Below, in pieces: positions 1 through 9,323 of a stretch of 64,000 bases of DNA. How positions within the stretch are numbered: the first letter of the stretch is position 1; every line of letters begins with the position of its first letter. A model generated the notes under the pieces. The model had not been told where the DNA came from. It saw only the letters and a program-made list of their open reading frames with translations, and did not search any database. The DNA is from an uncultured Clostridia bacterium (GTDB lineage Bacteria; Bacillota; Clostridia; Christensenellales; UBA1242), in NCBI GenBank assembly GCA_946496065.1, contig CAMMFF010000007.1:1690-65689 (forward strand), written 5' to 3'. Made by a program: the position numbers and the translations under genes.

Positions 1-335
1 ACAAGACTGTTGAAATCCCTGCATCAAGAGAAAAATTAGAAATCATTAAAATACTTTTGGACGAAGGTTACATTTCAGAATACAAACTTGTTGACGCTGG
101 TTCTTTCAAAAATATTCAAGTTACACTTAAATATGATGAAGAAGGACAAAGTGTTATCCAAGGTTTGAAGAGAATTTCAAAACCTGGTCTTCGTATCTAT
201 TCTGACAAAGAACATCTTCCAAAGGTTATAAGCGGGCTTGGAATTGCCATTATTTCAACAAACAAAGGAATTGTTACTGACAAAGTTGCAAGAAGTTTGA
301 ATGTTGGTGGCGAAGTTCTCGCTTATGTATGGTAA
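1..335 (+). CDS. rpsH: 30S ribosomal protein S8 (5' end outside window)
   Basis: Frame open from base 3; C-terminus [31 protein letters not shown] is typical S8; precedes rplF as in spc operon. Confidence 0.95.
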   Translation, partial: KTVEIPASREKLEIIKILLDEGYISEYKLVDAGSFKNIQVTLKYDEEGQSVIQGLKRISKPGLRIYSDKEHLPKVISGLGIAIISTNKGIVTDKVARSLNVGGEVLAYVW

Positions 336-346
336 GGAGGTGCAAT

Positions 347-889
347 ATGTCAAGAATAGGAAATAAACCAGTTAAACTTGAAAATGGTGCCACTTTTGCC
401 AGAAATGGAGATGAAGTTGTAGTCACAGGACCAAAAGGAACTTTGACACAAACAATCGACAAGGGTATCAAAACAGAAGTTAAAGATAATGAAGTTCACT
501 TCACATATGAAAATGAAGAACTCAACGCAAAGCAAGGACTTTATAGAGCACTTGTTCACAACATGGTTGTTGGTGTGACAAAAGGCTGGGACAAGAAACT
601 TGTTATTGCCGGAGTTGGTTATAAAGCACAGGTTTCTGGAAACAAACTTGTTATGGGACTTGGCTATTCTCACCCAGTTGAAGTTGAAATTCCTTCTGAT
701 TTGAAAGTTACTTGCCCATCTGTTACTGAAATTGTTGTTTCAGGAATTGATAGACATAAAGTTGGACAATTTAGTGCTGTTATTAGAAGTAAAAGACCTT
801 ATGAACCTTATCATGGATATGGAGTTCACTATGATGGTGAACCACTTGTTAGAAAAGTTGGTAAAGCTTCTGGTAAGGGAAAGAAGTAG
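347..889 (+). CDS. rplF: 50S ribosomal protein L6
   Basis: MSRIGNKPV start 7 nt after AAGGAGG; L6-like sequence and operon position (ORF-track start 329 rejected). Confidence 0.95.
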   Translation: MSRIGNKPVKLENGATFARNGDEVVVTGPKGTLTQTIDKGIKTEVKDNEVHFTYENEELNAKQGLYRALVHNMVVGVTKGWDKKLVIAGVGYKAQVSGNKLVMGLGYSHPVEVEIPSDLKVTCPSVTEIVVSGIDRHKVGQFSAVIRSKRPYEPYHGYGVHYDGEPLVRKVGKASGKGKK

Positions 890-903
890 GAGGAGATTGA
901 GAG

Positions 904-1272
904 ATGATTACTGTTAAAGATAAAAATAAAGACAGACAAGTTCGTCATGAAAGAGTTAGAAAAACAGTTGTTGGAACATCTGAAAGACCAAGACTTAATG
1001 TTTACAGAAGTCTTAGCAATATCTATGCTCAAATCATCGACGATTCAAAAGGTAAAACTCTTGTTTCTGCTTCTACTCTTGACAAAGAAATTGCCGAAAT
1101 GATCAAAGGTAAGACAAAAACTGAAGCAGCTAAGATCGTTGGTGAAGTTATTGGCAAAAGAGCAAAAGAAAAGAAAATCAAGGAAGTCGTTTTTGATAGA
1201 GGTGGATATCTCTACACTGGACGAGTTCAGGCAGTCGCTGATGGTGCAAGAGCATCAGGACTCAAATTTTAG
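904..1272 (+). CDS. rplR: 50S ribosomal protein L18
   Basis: [19 protein letters not shown] and [20 protein letters not shown] motifs; GGAGG upstream. Confidence 0.95.
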   Translation: MITVKDKNKDRQVRHERVRKTVVGTSERPRLNVYRSLSNIYAQIIDDSKGKTLVSASTLDKEIAEMIKGKTKTEAAKIVGEVIGKRAKEKKIKEVVFDRGGYLYTGRVQAVADGARASGLKF

Positions 1273-1281
1273 GAGGAAATC

Positions 1282-1833
1282 ATGGCAGAAGAAATTAAGA
1301 ATAAAAAAGAAGATAGACCTCAAAAAAACAACCGTCGTGAAAGACCTGTTAAGAAAGAAGATGATGGAATGGACAAAAGGCTTGTTCATGTTCGTCGTGT
1401 AACTAAGGTTGTTAAAGGTGGTAGAACCATGCGTTTCTCCGCTCTTGTTGTTATTGGTGACGGCAAGGGTAACGTTGGAATGGGAATTGGCAAAGCTAAT
1501 GAAGTTCCAAACGCTATTGACAAAGCAACTGTTGTTGCAAAGAAAAATATGAAGAAAGTTGCTATCGTTGAAGGAACAATTCCTCATGAAACAATTGGAA
1601 AATTCAGCACAACAAAGATTTTGATGCTTCCTGCTGAAGAAGGTCACGGAGTTATCGCCGGTGGTGCTGCGAGAGCAGTTTTGGAAGTTGCAGGCGTTAA
1701 GAACATCGTGACAAAGATTCACGGTTCAACAAACAGAATCAACGTTGTTAGAGCAACTATGAATGGGCTTCTTTCTCTTAAGACAAGAGAAGAAATTGCT
1801 GCACGTCGTGGCAAAAAGCCTGAGGAAATTTAA
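1282..1833 (+). CDS. rpsE: 30S ribosomal protein S5 (Lys/Arg-rich N-terminal extension)
   Basis: [38 protein letters not shown] core; operon order. Confidence 0.95.
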   Translation: MAEEIKNKKEDRPQKNNRRERPVKKEDDGMDKRLVHVRRVTKVVKGGRTMRFSALVVIGDGKGNVGMGIGKANEVPNAIDKATVVAKKNMKKVAIVEGTIPHETIGKFSTTKILMLPAEEGHGVIAGGAARAVLEVAGVKNIVTKIHGSTNRINVVRATMNGLLSLKTREEIAARRGKKPEEI

Positions 1834-1845
1834 TCGGAGGGCGTC

Positions 1846-2034
1846 ATGAAAAAAGGAAAAACATTGAAAGTTACTTGGGTTAGAAGTGCAATTGGTTACA
1901 ACAAAAACCAAATGAAAATCATGGAAGCCCTTGGTTTCAAAAAACTTAATCAAACTAGAATATTGCCAGACAACGAGAGCATTCGTGGAAGTTTGTTCCA
2001 TGTAAGACATCTTGTTGAAGTGGTTGAAGAGTAA
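1846..2034 (+). CDS. rpmD: 50S ribosomal protein L30
   Basis: 62 aa, LKVTWVRSAIGYNKNQ...LGF motif, between rpsE and rplO. Confidence 0.92.
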   Translation: MKKGKTLKVTWVRSAIGYNKNQMKIMEALGFKKLNQTRILPDNESIRGSLFHVRHLVEVVEE

Positions 2035-2044
2035 GGAGGGCAAC

Positions 2045-2494
2045 ATGAAATTAGAAAATCTTAAACCTGCCGAAGGCTCTACAACTAAAAAAGTTAGAGT
2101 TGGTCGTGGTATCGGCTCTGGAATTGGTAAAACTTCTGGAAAAGGTCACAAAGGACAATGGGCTAGAAGTGGTGGCGGAGTTAAGGCTGGATTTGAAGGA
2201 GGAAACATTCCTCTCATCAGAAAACTTCCTATTCGTGGTTTTAACAATGCAAACTACAAAAAAGTTTATTCAACTGTAAATGTTGGCGATTTGGAAATTT
2301 TTGAACCAAACACAGTTATCACAGAAGAACTTTTGTATGAATACAGAGTTGTTGGTAAAAGAGCTCCTTATGGACTCAAGGTTCTTGGGAATGGAGAGAT
2401 AACAAAACCTCTCACAATCAAGGCTAAAAAGGCAACAAAATCTGCTATTGAAAAAATTGAAAAAGCAGGTGGAAAAATCGAAATAGAGGAGTGA
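2045..2494 (+). CDS. rplO: 50S ribosomal protein L15
   Basis: MKLENLKPAEGS start after AAGGAGGG; GRGIGSGIGKTSGKGHKGQ motif. Confidence 0.94.
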   Translation: MKLENLKPAEGSTTKKVRVGRGIGSGIGKTSGKGHKGQWARSGGGVKAGFEGGNIPLIRKLPIRGFNNANYKKVYSTVNVGDLEIFEPNTVITEELLYEYRVVGKRAPYGLKVLGNGEITKPLTIKAKKATKSAIEKIEKAGGKIEIEE

Positions 2495-2497
2495 TTT

Positions 2498-3814
2498 ATG
2501 TTTAAAACTCTCGTAAATGCTTTTAAAATCAAAGATTTGAGAAAGAAAATTCTCATCACATTAGGCTTGCTCATACTTTTCAGAGTGGGTTGTGCTTTGG
2601 TTTGCCCTGGTTTTGATTTGTCAGGAGCAATCAGTGACAGCAATTCAGATGGGGTTACTTTCTTCTCTTTAATGAACTTGCTTAGTGGTGATGCTTTGTC
2701 AAACGGTTCAATTTTGGCACTGGGTGTTTCGCCTTATATCACAGCTTCAATTGTCATTCAACTTTTGACTGTTGCAATTCCAAAACTTGAAAGTTTGTCA
2801 AGACAAGGCGAGGATGGAAGAAGAAAAATCACTTTCTACACTCGTGTTTGTGCATTGGTTTTGGCTCTTGCTCAGGCTATTGGAATTGTTATTTCGTTTA
2901 AAGATTATGTAAATATAGATGCGGAGACTGGGGCTGCTATTATGAATATTCCAACTTGGCTTGTTATGGCTGGAATTGTTTTGATTTTGACCGCTGGTGG
3001 AATGTTCACAGTTTGGCTTGGTGAAAAGATAACACAAATTGGTGTTGGAAACGGAATGAGTTTGCTCATCTTTGTTGGTATCATTTCATCTTCAGCATCA
3101 GGAATTTCAAGTGCCATCTCACAAGTTGGTGAAGACATTACAAATCTTTGGATGATCATCATCTACCTTGTTGCTTTGGTATTGATTTTCGGACTTATCG
3201 TTTTCATTGATTCGTCAGAAAGAAGAGTTGGTGTCAAATATGCAAAACAAATCAAGGGAAGAAAGATGTATGGTGGACAAGACACTTTCATTCCAATCAA
3301 ATTGAATGCTTCAGGTGTTATGCCAATCATCTTTGCAACTTCACTTTTGACATTGCCTCAACTTATCATGAGCATTGTTCCATCTTGGGAAGGAGCGCTT
3401 AACTGGTATAACACATACCTTGGAACAAATTCTTGGGTATATATCGTTCTGCTTGCCATTCTCATATTTGCATTCGCATTCTTCTATGCTCAAATCACAT
3501 TTGACACAGATGATATTTCAAGGCGTATGCAACAGCAGGGTGGTTTCATTCCGGGAATTAGACCTGGAAAAACAACATCTGATTATCTTAGAAAGATTTC
3601 TAAGAGAATCACATTGTTTGGTGCAGTGTTCTTAGCTTTCATTGCTTTGATTCCATCTTTGACATTCAAAGCAATTGATGATTACACATTGACAAGCCTT
3701 ATCAATGCGTTCAGCACAACAGGACTTATGATTATCGTTTCTGTTGCATTGGAATTTGATAAGAGTCTTGAAGCACAAATGCTTATGAGAAACTATAAAG
3801 GTTTTCTCAACTAA
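2498..3814 (+). CDS. secY: preprotein translocase subunit SecY
   Basis: 438-aa polytopic protein, LALGVSPYITASIVIQLL motif, canonical position after rplO. Confidence 0.96.
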   Translation: MFKTLVNAFKIKDLRKKILITLGLLILFRVGCALVCPGFDLSGAISDSNSDGVTFFSLMNLLSGDALSNGSILALGVSPYITASIVIQLLTVAIPKLESLSRQGEDGRRKITFYTRVCALVLALAQAIGIVISFKDYVNIDAETGAAIMNIPTWLVMAGIVLILTAGGMFTVWLGEKITQIGVGNGMSLLIFVGIISSSASGISSAISQVGEDITNLWMIIIYLVALVLIFGLIVFIDSSERRVGVKYAKQIKGRKMYGGQDTFIPIKLNASGVMPIIFATSLLTLPQLIMSIVPSWEGALNWYNTYLGTNSWVYIVLLAILIFAFAFFYAQITFDTDDISRRMQQQGGFIPGIRPGKTTSDYLRKISKRITLFGAVFLAFIALIPSLTFKAIDDYTLTSLINAFSTTGLMIIVSVALEFDKSLEAQMLMRNYKGFLN

Positions 3815-3921
3815 GCAGTGAGCGTTTGGAAAAACTAAACTTAAATTTCAAACAAATTTGATGTAAAAGATTTTTAAAGCAATTGGTTATGCTAGACACT
3901 TATAACAATATGGAGGATTTT

Positions 3922-4542
3922 ATGAATATCATATTGCTTGGTGCACCATTTTCTGGAAAAGGGACATTGGCTAGAAACATTGTTTCAGATTTCAATCTTG
4001 TGCAAATTTCTACTGGTGACCTTTTCCGTGAAAATATAAAAAATGGGACTGAAGTTGGAAAGTTGGCTAAAAGTTTTATGGACAAAGGTCAACTTGTTCC
4101 AGACAGTGTCACAATTTCAATGCTTAAAGAACGTATTTCCAAAGATGACTGCAAGAAAGGTTTCATTCTTGACGGTTTTCCAAGGACAATTGAACAAGCA
4201 AAAGCGCTTGAAGGCATTGCAAAAATTGATGCTGTTATCCAATTGGACGTTTCGTTTGATGAAATCAGACGCAGATGTCTTGGTAGAAGAACGTGCAGTA
4301 AATGTGGTGAGATTTACAACACTTCTACCTATGATAAACCTACTTGCAAGTTGTGCGGTTCACCACTGTTCCAAAGAGATGACGATAATTTGGAAACAGT
4401 CAACAATCGTCTGGAAGTTTATGAAAAAATGACAGCACCACTCATAAACTTCTACGCTGATAGGTTGTTTGTGATTGAAGGAAAAGAAACTCCTCAAGAA
4501 ACATACGAACCTGTGAAAAACTTTTTGAAAGGGAGAATATAA
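3922..4542 (+). CDS. adk: adenylate kinase (Zn-lid type)
   Basis: MNIILLGAPFSGKGT P-loop after GGAGGA; CSKCG...CKLCG zinc lid; internal start preferred to ORF-track 3883. Confidence 0.93.
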   Translation: MNIILLGAPFSGKGTLARNIVSDFNLVQISTGDLFRENIKNGTEVGKLAKSFMDKGQLVPDSVTISMLKERISKDDCKKGFILDGFPRTIEQAKALEGIAKIDAVIQLDVSFDEIRRRCLGRRTCSKCGEIYNTSTYDKPTCKLCGSPLFQRDDDNLETVNNRLEVYEKMTAPLINFYADRLFVIEGKETPQETYEPVKNFLKGRI

Positions 4543-4543
4543 G

Positions 4544-5314
4544 TTGATTCAAAAAACACCTGCAGAAATTGTGTTAATCAAAAAAGCATGTGAAATAACT
4601 CGTGACGCTCTTATATACGCCAAAAGCCTTATAAAGCCAGGAGTTTCTACTTTTGATATTGACAAATCTCTAGAAAAGTTTATAATAGATAGTGGTGGTT
4701 CGCCTGCCTGTCTTGGCTATGAAGGTTATCCGGCTGCAACATGCATTTCTGTCAATGAAATGGTTGTTCATGGCATTCCTAGCAAAGACATCATTTTGAA
4801 AGAAGGCGACATTGTCAGTGTCGACATTGTGGTTGCCTATAAAGGTTATCATGGAGACGCTGCAAGGACCTTTCCTGTCGGTGAGATTAGCGAAGAGAAA
4901 AAGAAACTGATAAGAGTCACCAAAGAATGTTTCTTCAAAGGTATTGAAAACATCAGAGTTGGTGACAGACTTGGAAAACTTTCTCATGCCATTCAAACTC
5001 ATGCAGAGAGCAACGGATTCTCGGTTGTCCGTGAACTTTGTGGACATGGAATTGGTCGAAGAATGCATGAAGCACCATCTGTTCTTAACTTTGGAAAAGA
5101 AACAGATGGTCCAGTCATTGCAGAAAATGCCGTTCTTGCGATTGAACCAATGATTAATGCTGGTAAGAAAGAAATTGGCATGCTTAGTGATGGTTGGGGG
5201 ATTGTTACTCGTGATGGCAAACCTTCAGCGCATTACGAAAATACCGTTCTTTTCACTCGAAGTGGACCTCAAGTTTTAACCTTGGAGAATGATGATGAGT
5301 TTGCAAGAAGGTGA
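4544..5314 (+). CDS. map: type I methionine aminopeptidase (TTG start)
   Basis: VHGIP...DIVSVD...GYHGD...HGIGRRMHE...EPM metal-ligand motifs. Confidence 0.93.
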   Translation: MIQKTPAEIVLIKKACEITRDALIYAKSLIKPGVSTFDIDKSLEKFIIDSGGSPACLGYEGYPAATCISVNEMVVHGIPSKDIILKEGDIVSVDIVVAYKGYHGDAARTFPVGEISEEKKKLIRVTKECFFKGIENIRVGDRLGKLSHAIQTHAESNGFSVVRELCGHGIGRRMHEAPSVLNFGKETDGPVIAENAVLAIEPMINAGKKEIGMLSDGWGIVTRDGKPSAHYENTVLFTRSGPQVLTLENDDEFARR

Positions 5315-5570
5315 TGTTGTTGTCGCTACGGCAGGAAAAGAAAAAAATCAGATTTTCGTTGTTCTTGAAACTGATGGCAAATTTTGCTATATAGTTGACG
5401 GAAAACGCTTAAAATTGACTAAACCGAAGAAAAAAAGCCTGAAACATGTCCAGAAGGCTTCCAAAATTGGGTTTGATGCGCAGAAACTCAAATCTGGACA
5501 AGAAAATGTCAATGCGGAAATTAGAAAATTTTTAAAAGAAAGGAGCCTTATATGTCCAAAGAAGACGTAA
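5295..5570 (+). CDS. KOW-domain RNA-binding protein (ybzG-like position between map and infA)
   Basis: [22 protein letters not shown]-like motif; three tandem ATGs (5289/5292/5295), third best spaced from GGAG; overlaps infA by 19 nt. Confidence 0.7.
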   Translation: MSLQEGDVVVATAGKEKNQIFVVLETDGKFCYIVDGKRLKLTKPKKKSLKHVQKASKIGFDAQKLKSGQENVNAEIRKFLKERSLICPKKT

Positions 5571-5773
5571 TTGAATTTGAGGGAGTGGTCACAGAAGTTT
5601 TGCCAAGTATGACTTTCAAAGTCACACTTTCAAATGGGCATGTTATCACAGCCTACATTTCTGGAAAACTCAGACAAAACTTCATCAGAATTATTGAAGG
5701 CGACAAAGTTAAAATTGAAATGAGTCCGTATGACCTCTCTAAAGGAAGAATAACTTGGAGAGAAAAGGGTTAA
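5552..5773 (+). CDS. infA: translation initiation factor IF-1
   Basis: [13 protein letters not shown]...[33 protein letters not shown]. Confidence 0.96.
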   Translation: MSKEDVIEFEGVVTEVLPSMTFKVTLSNGHVITAYISGKLRQNFIRIIEGDKVKIEMSPYDLSKGRITWREKG

Positions 5774-5786
5774 AAAGGAGCAAAAA

Positions 5787-5903
5787 ATGAAAGTCAGAGC
5801 ATCGGTTAAACCAATGTGTGATAAATGTAAAGTCATCAAAAGAGATGGAAAGGTTATGGTTATTTGCTCAAAGAGCAAAAAACATAAACAAACTCAAGGT
5901 TAA
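5787..5903 (+). CDS. rpmJ: 50S ribosomal protein L36
   Basis: 38 aa [38 protein letters not shown]; AAGGAG upstream; below ORF-track length cut-off. Confidence 0.93.
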   Translation: MKVRASVKPMCDKCKVIKRDGKVMVICSKSKKHKQTQG

Positions 5904-5993
5904 TTTGAGTTCCTTTGAATATCTTTATCGATTGCTTTATATTTAACAAACAAAAATTAGACAAAGGGTAATGCCCTCAAAAGGAGAAAAATA

Positions 5994-6371
5994 ATGGCAA
6001 GAATTGCTGGTGTTGACCTTCCAAGAGATAAGAGATTGGAATATGGTTTGACTTATATTTATGGAATTGGCGTTGAAACTTCAAGAAATATCTGCAAAGA
6101 AACAGGAATTTCTATGGACATTCGTGTTAAAGATTTGACTGAAGACCAAGTTGCTAAACTCCGTAACTATATCGAACACAATCTCATGGTTGAAGGTGAA
6201 CTTAAATCTAAAGTTAGTATGAACATCAAGAAACTCAATGAAATTGGGTGCTATCGTGGTATTCGCCACAGAAAAGGACTTCCTGTTCGTGGACAGAGCA
6301 CAAAGAATAACGCTAGAACAAGAAAAGGTCCTAAGAAAATTGTTAGCGGAAGCTCTAAGAAAGGTAAGTAA
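5994..6371 (+). CDS. rpsM: 30S ribosomal protein S13
   Basis: [14 protein letters not shown]... typical S13. Confidence 0.96.
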   Translation: MARIAGVDLPRDKRLEYGLTYIYGIGVETSRNICKETGISMDIRVKDLTEDQVAKLRNYIEHNLMVEGELKSKVSMNIKKLNEIGCYRGIRHRKGLPVRGQSTKNNARTRKGPKKIVSGSSKKGK

Positions 6372-6383
6372 GAGGTGTGAACA

Positions 6384-6794
6384 ATGGCTAATGTAAAATC
6401 ATCAGGAAAGAAAAAAACTGTTAAGACCAGAAAAAGAGTAAGCAGAAACATCGAAAAAGGTCAAGTTCATATCACGACCTCTTTCAACAACAACATTATC
6501 GTTTTCACTGACATGGAAGGTAATGTTATTTCTTCATGCTCATCTGGAAGACTTGGACTTAAGGGTTCCAAAAAGAGCACTCCATTTGCTGCTCAAACCT
6601 GTGTTGAAACAGCAGGGAAAGTTGCTCTTGACAATGGAATGAAGTCTGTTGAAGTGTATGTTAAAGGACCAGGAAATGGTAGAGAAAGTGCAATCCGTTG
6701 TCTTTCAACTCTTGGTTTCAATGTGACACTTATTAAGGATGTTTCTCCAATCGCTCATAACGGTTGCAGACCTCCAAAAAGAAGAAGAGTTTAA
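6384..6794 (+). CDS. rpsK: 30S ribosomal protein S11
   Basis: [15 protein letters not shown]...[11 protein letters not shown]...[13 protein letters not shown]. Confidence 0.96.
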   Translation: MANVKSSGKKKTVKTRKRVSRNIEKGQVHITTSFNNNIIVFTDMEGNVISSCSSGRLGLKGSKKSTPFAAQTCVETAGKVALDNGMKSVEVYVKGPGNGRESAIRCLSTLGFNVTLIKDVSPIAHNGCRPPKRRRV

Positions 6795-6808
6795 AAGGAG
6801 AATAAAAA

Positions 6809-7429
6809 ATGGCAAGAACTATTGAACCTGATTGCCGTCAATGTAGAAGAGAAGGACGTAAACTTTTCCTTAAAGGTGAAAGATGCACGACAAAGAAATG
6901 TGCAATGGAAAGAAGACCAGTTATCCCTGGACAACATGGAGCTTCAAGAAAAAGAGTTACTGAATACGGACTTCAACTTCGTGAAAAACAAAAAGTTAAG
7001 AGAATGTACGGTATATTGGAAAAACAATTCAGAAAATATTACGAAGATGCTGTTAAGATGAAGGGTGTTACAGGTGCAAATATGTTATCCCTTATCGAAA
7101 GAAGACTCGACAATGTTATTTACAGAATGGGCATTGGAGCATCAAGAGCAGAATGTCGTCAAATCGTTAACCACGGACAAATTTGTGTTAATGGAAAACG
7201 TGTTACGATTGCATCTTACAGAGTTAAAGTTGGCGATGTGATTACAATCAAAGAAAACAAACAAGACCTTGAAATGTTTAAAGACCTTAAAGGGATGAAG
7301 ATTGTTATGCCAAAATGGTTGGAATTCAACACTGAAACTTTGACAGGAAAAGTGCTTGCTCTTCCAGAAAGAGAAGATATTGATACAGACATCAAGGAAC
7401 AACTTATTGTCGAATCATATTCGAGATAA
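6809..7429 (+). CDS. rpsD: 30S ribosomal protein S4 (Cys-cluster type)
   Basis: CRQCRREG...CTTKKC zinc-like cluster, S4 domain RLDNVIYRMG. Confidence 0.95.
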   Translation: MARTIEPDCRQCRREGRKLFLKGERCTTKKCAMERRPVIPGQHGASRKRVTEYGLQLREKQKVKRMYGILEKQFRKYYEDAVKMKGVTGANMLSLIERRLDNVIYRMGIGASRAECRQIVNHGQICVNGKRVTIASYRVKVGDVITIKENKQDLEMFKDLKGMKIVMPKWLEFNTETLTGKVLALPEREDIDTDIKEQLIVESYSR

Positions 7430-7447
7430 TATTAGGGGGATTTTAAT

Positions 7448-8401
7448 ATGATGGAAATGGAAAAACCTAGAATCACTTGTGAAGAAACAGATGGTGGAAA
7501 TTTTGCAAGATTTGTTGTTGAACCTCTTGAAAAAGGTTATGGAATCACTCTTGGAAACTGCATGAGAAGAACTCTTCTCTCATCACTCCCAGGCTCAGCT
7601 GTGATTGCTTTCAGAATTGCAGGTGTTGCACATGAATTTTCAACTGTTCGCGGAATCACAGAAGATGTTGTTGACATTGTTTTGAATTTGAAAGGTTTGG
7701 CAGTTAAATGTTCAAATCAGGACAGAAACTTTGTAACATATTTAAAAATCAGAAAAAACACACCGGGAGAAGTTACTGCAAAAGATTTTGAACCAAATGA
7801 TCAAGTTGAGGTTCTCAATCCAGATCTTCACATTTGCACAATGGATGAAGGTGCAGTTTTGGATCTTGACGTTATGATTGGCAATGGCCGTGGATATGTT
7901 TCAAGTGAAGACAACAAAAACAAATATGACGACATTGACTTTATTGCAGTTGACAGCATTTTCTCACCTGTTAAGAAAGTTAATTTCAATGTTGACACAA
8001 CCAGAGTTGGACAAAGCATTGACTATGACAAATTGACTCTTGAAGTTACAACAAATGGAACAACAACTGCAAGAGAAATCGTTTCACTTGCTGGAAAAAT
8101 CATCAATGAACATGTTAATTTGTTTATCGAACTTTGCAGCGAAATGAGCGATATGTCAATTTTGGTTTCTAAAGAAGAAGATAAACAAGTGAAACTCATG
8201 GAACTTCCAATTGAAGAAATGGACCTCTCTGTTCGTTCTTACAACTGTTTGAAGAGAGCAGGTATCAACACTATTCAAGACCTTCTTAAAAAATCTAAGA
8301 GCGATATGTTTAAAGTTCGTAACCTTGGAGCAAAGTCTGTTGAAGAAGTTATCCAAAAACTTGAAAGTTATGGTTTCAGTCTTCGTAAAGATGAAGAATA
8401 A
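7448..8401 (+). CDS. rpoA: DNA-directed RNA polymerase alpha subunit
   Basis: GNCMRRTLLSSLPG, C-terminal LSVRSYNCLKRAGINTIQDL HhH domain. Confidence 0.96.
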   Translation: MMEMEKPRITCEETDGGNFARFVVEPLEKGYGITLGNCMRRTLLSSLPGSAVIAFRIAGVAHEFSTVRGITEDVVDIVLNLKGLAVKCSNQDRNFVTYLKIRKNTPGEVTAKDFEPNDQVEVLNPDLHICTMDEGAVLDLDVMIGNGRGYVSSEDNKNKYDDIDFIAVDSIFSPVKKVNFNVDTTRVGQSIDYDKLTLEVTTNGTTTAREIVSLAGKIINEHVNLFIELCSEMSDMSILVSKEEDKQVKLMELPIEEMDLSVRSYNCLKRAGINTIQDLLKKSKSDMFKVRNLGAKSVEEVIQKLESYGFSLRKDEE

Positions 8402-8517
8402 TTTTGAGAATTATATTTTCATAGATTGATTAATGTTAATGTTTGTTACAAATTTTAGCAAACGATTGTTAACGTAAAACAAATAAAATTGGGCAAAGCC
8501 CTAAAAGGAGCGCTATT

Positions 8518-9027
8518 ATGGCTAACGATAAATTAGGCAGACCATCAAAAGAAAGAAACGCAATGCTTCGTGGACAGGTTTCTTCTCTTCTTTGGAACGG
8601 CAAGATTGAAACAACTTTGGCAAAAGCTAAGTCAACTGCAAGATGTGCTGAAAAAATCATTACACTTGCAATCAATTCTTATGAAGACACAGTTAAAGTT
8701 GTTAAGGAAGTTAAGGGTGCTGACGGAAAGAAAACTAAGACAGAAGTTCTCAACGATGGACCAAAGAAACTTGCTGCAAGAAGAAAAATCATGAGTTATG
8801 TTTATGATTTGCAAGAACAAAGAAAACCTAAAGAATCTATCACTGCATATAAGGCACGTATTGAAGGAATTAATCATCCAATCATTGAAAAGATTTTCAA
8901 TGTTTATGCACCAAAATATGCTGAAAGAGCGAAAGTTTCTGGTCAAGGTGGTGGCTACACACGAATCACAAAACTTGGACTTCGTCGTGGTGATGCATCA
9001 GAGATGGCTTTGGTGGAATTGGTATAA
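8518..9027 (+). CDS. rplQ: 50S ribosomal protein L17 (about 50-aa internal insertion)
   Basis: KLGRPSKERNAMLRGQV... and GGYTRITKLGLRRGDASEMALVELV termini; long Lys-rich middle segment. Confidence 0.93.
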   Translation: MANDKLGRPSKERNAMLRGQVSSLLWNGKIETTLAKAKSTARCAEKIITLAINSYEDTVKVVKEVKGADGKKTKTEVLNDGPKKLAARRKIMSYVYDLQEQRKPKESITAYKARIEGINHPIIEKIFNVYAPKYAERAKVSGQGGGYTRITKLGLRRGDASEMALVELV

Positions 9028-9044
9028 TTTTAAATATAAAAATT

Positions 9045-9072
9045 CTTCCAATATTTATTGGAAGTTTTTTTA
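9045..9072 (+). terminator. rho-independent terminator of the rplQ operon
   Basis: CTTCCAATA / TATTGGAAG stem followed by T7 run, 18 nt after rplQ stop. Confidence 0.8.
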
Positions 9073-9082
9073 TTAATAATCA

Positions 9083-9119
9083 AAAAATAAATTAAAATTA
9101 ATTATTTTAATTTATTTTT
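9083..9119. repeat. perfect 16-bp A/T-only inverted repeat (loop TAATT)
   Basis: 9083-9098 pairs base-for-base with 9104-9119; inside a ~290-nt almost pure A+T spacer. Confidence 0.6.
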
Positions 9120-9323
9120 GTTTATTGCATTTACATATTTATTATTTTTTAAATAATTTAAAAATTAAATAATAAAAATTCTAGATGTTGCTAAATTACG
9201 GCGTTGTGGCTTTTGGAATTTTAATTTAAAATTAAAAAAATAATTAATTTAATAATTAAATTTAATTTATATTTAAAAAATAGATTTTAATATTAAATTT
9301 TTGGAGAAAATTAGTGATAAATC

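Noticed and set aside
8402-8485. Hairpin GTTTGTT-N9-AGCAAAC after rpoA as an internal terminator.
   Set aside because: It is an imperfect 7-bp stem with a G-T pair and no following T-run, and rplQ is expected to be co-transcribed.
9187-9231. 14-codon hydrophobic mini-ORF (MLLNYGVVAFGILI) in the only G+C-containing island of the rplQ-pnuC spacer.
   Set aside because: It has no SD or promoter geometry and is too short to evaluate, so it is kept only as part of the spacer observation.
9073-9323. NAD+-II (pnuC motif) riboswitch upstream of the pnuC-like gene.
   Set aside because: I could not find the conserved C-rich/G-rich pseudoknot elements. The region is almost pure A+T.
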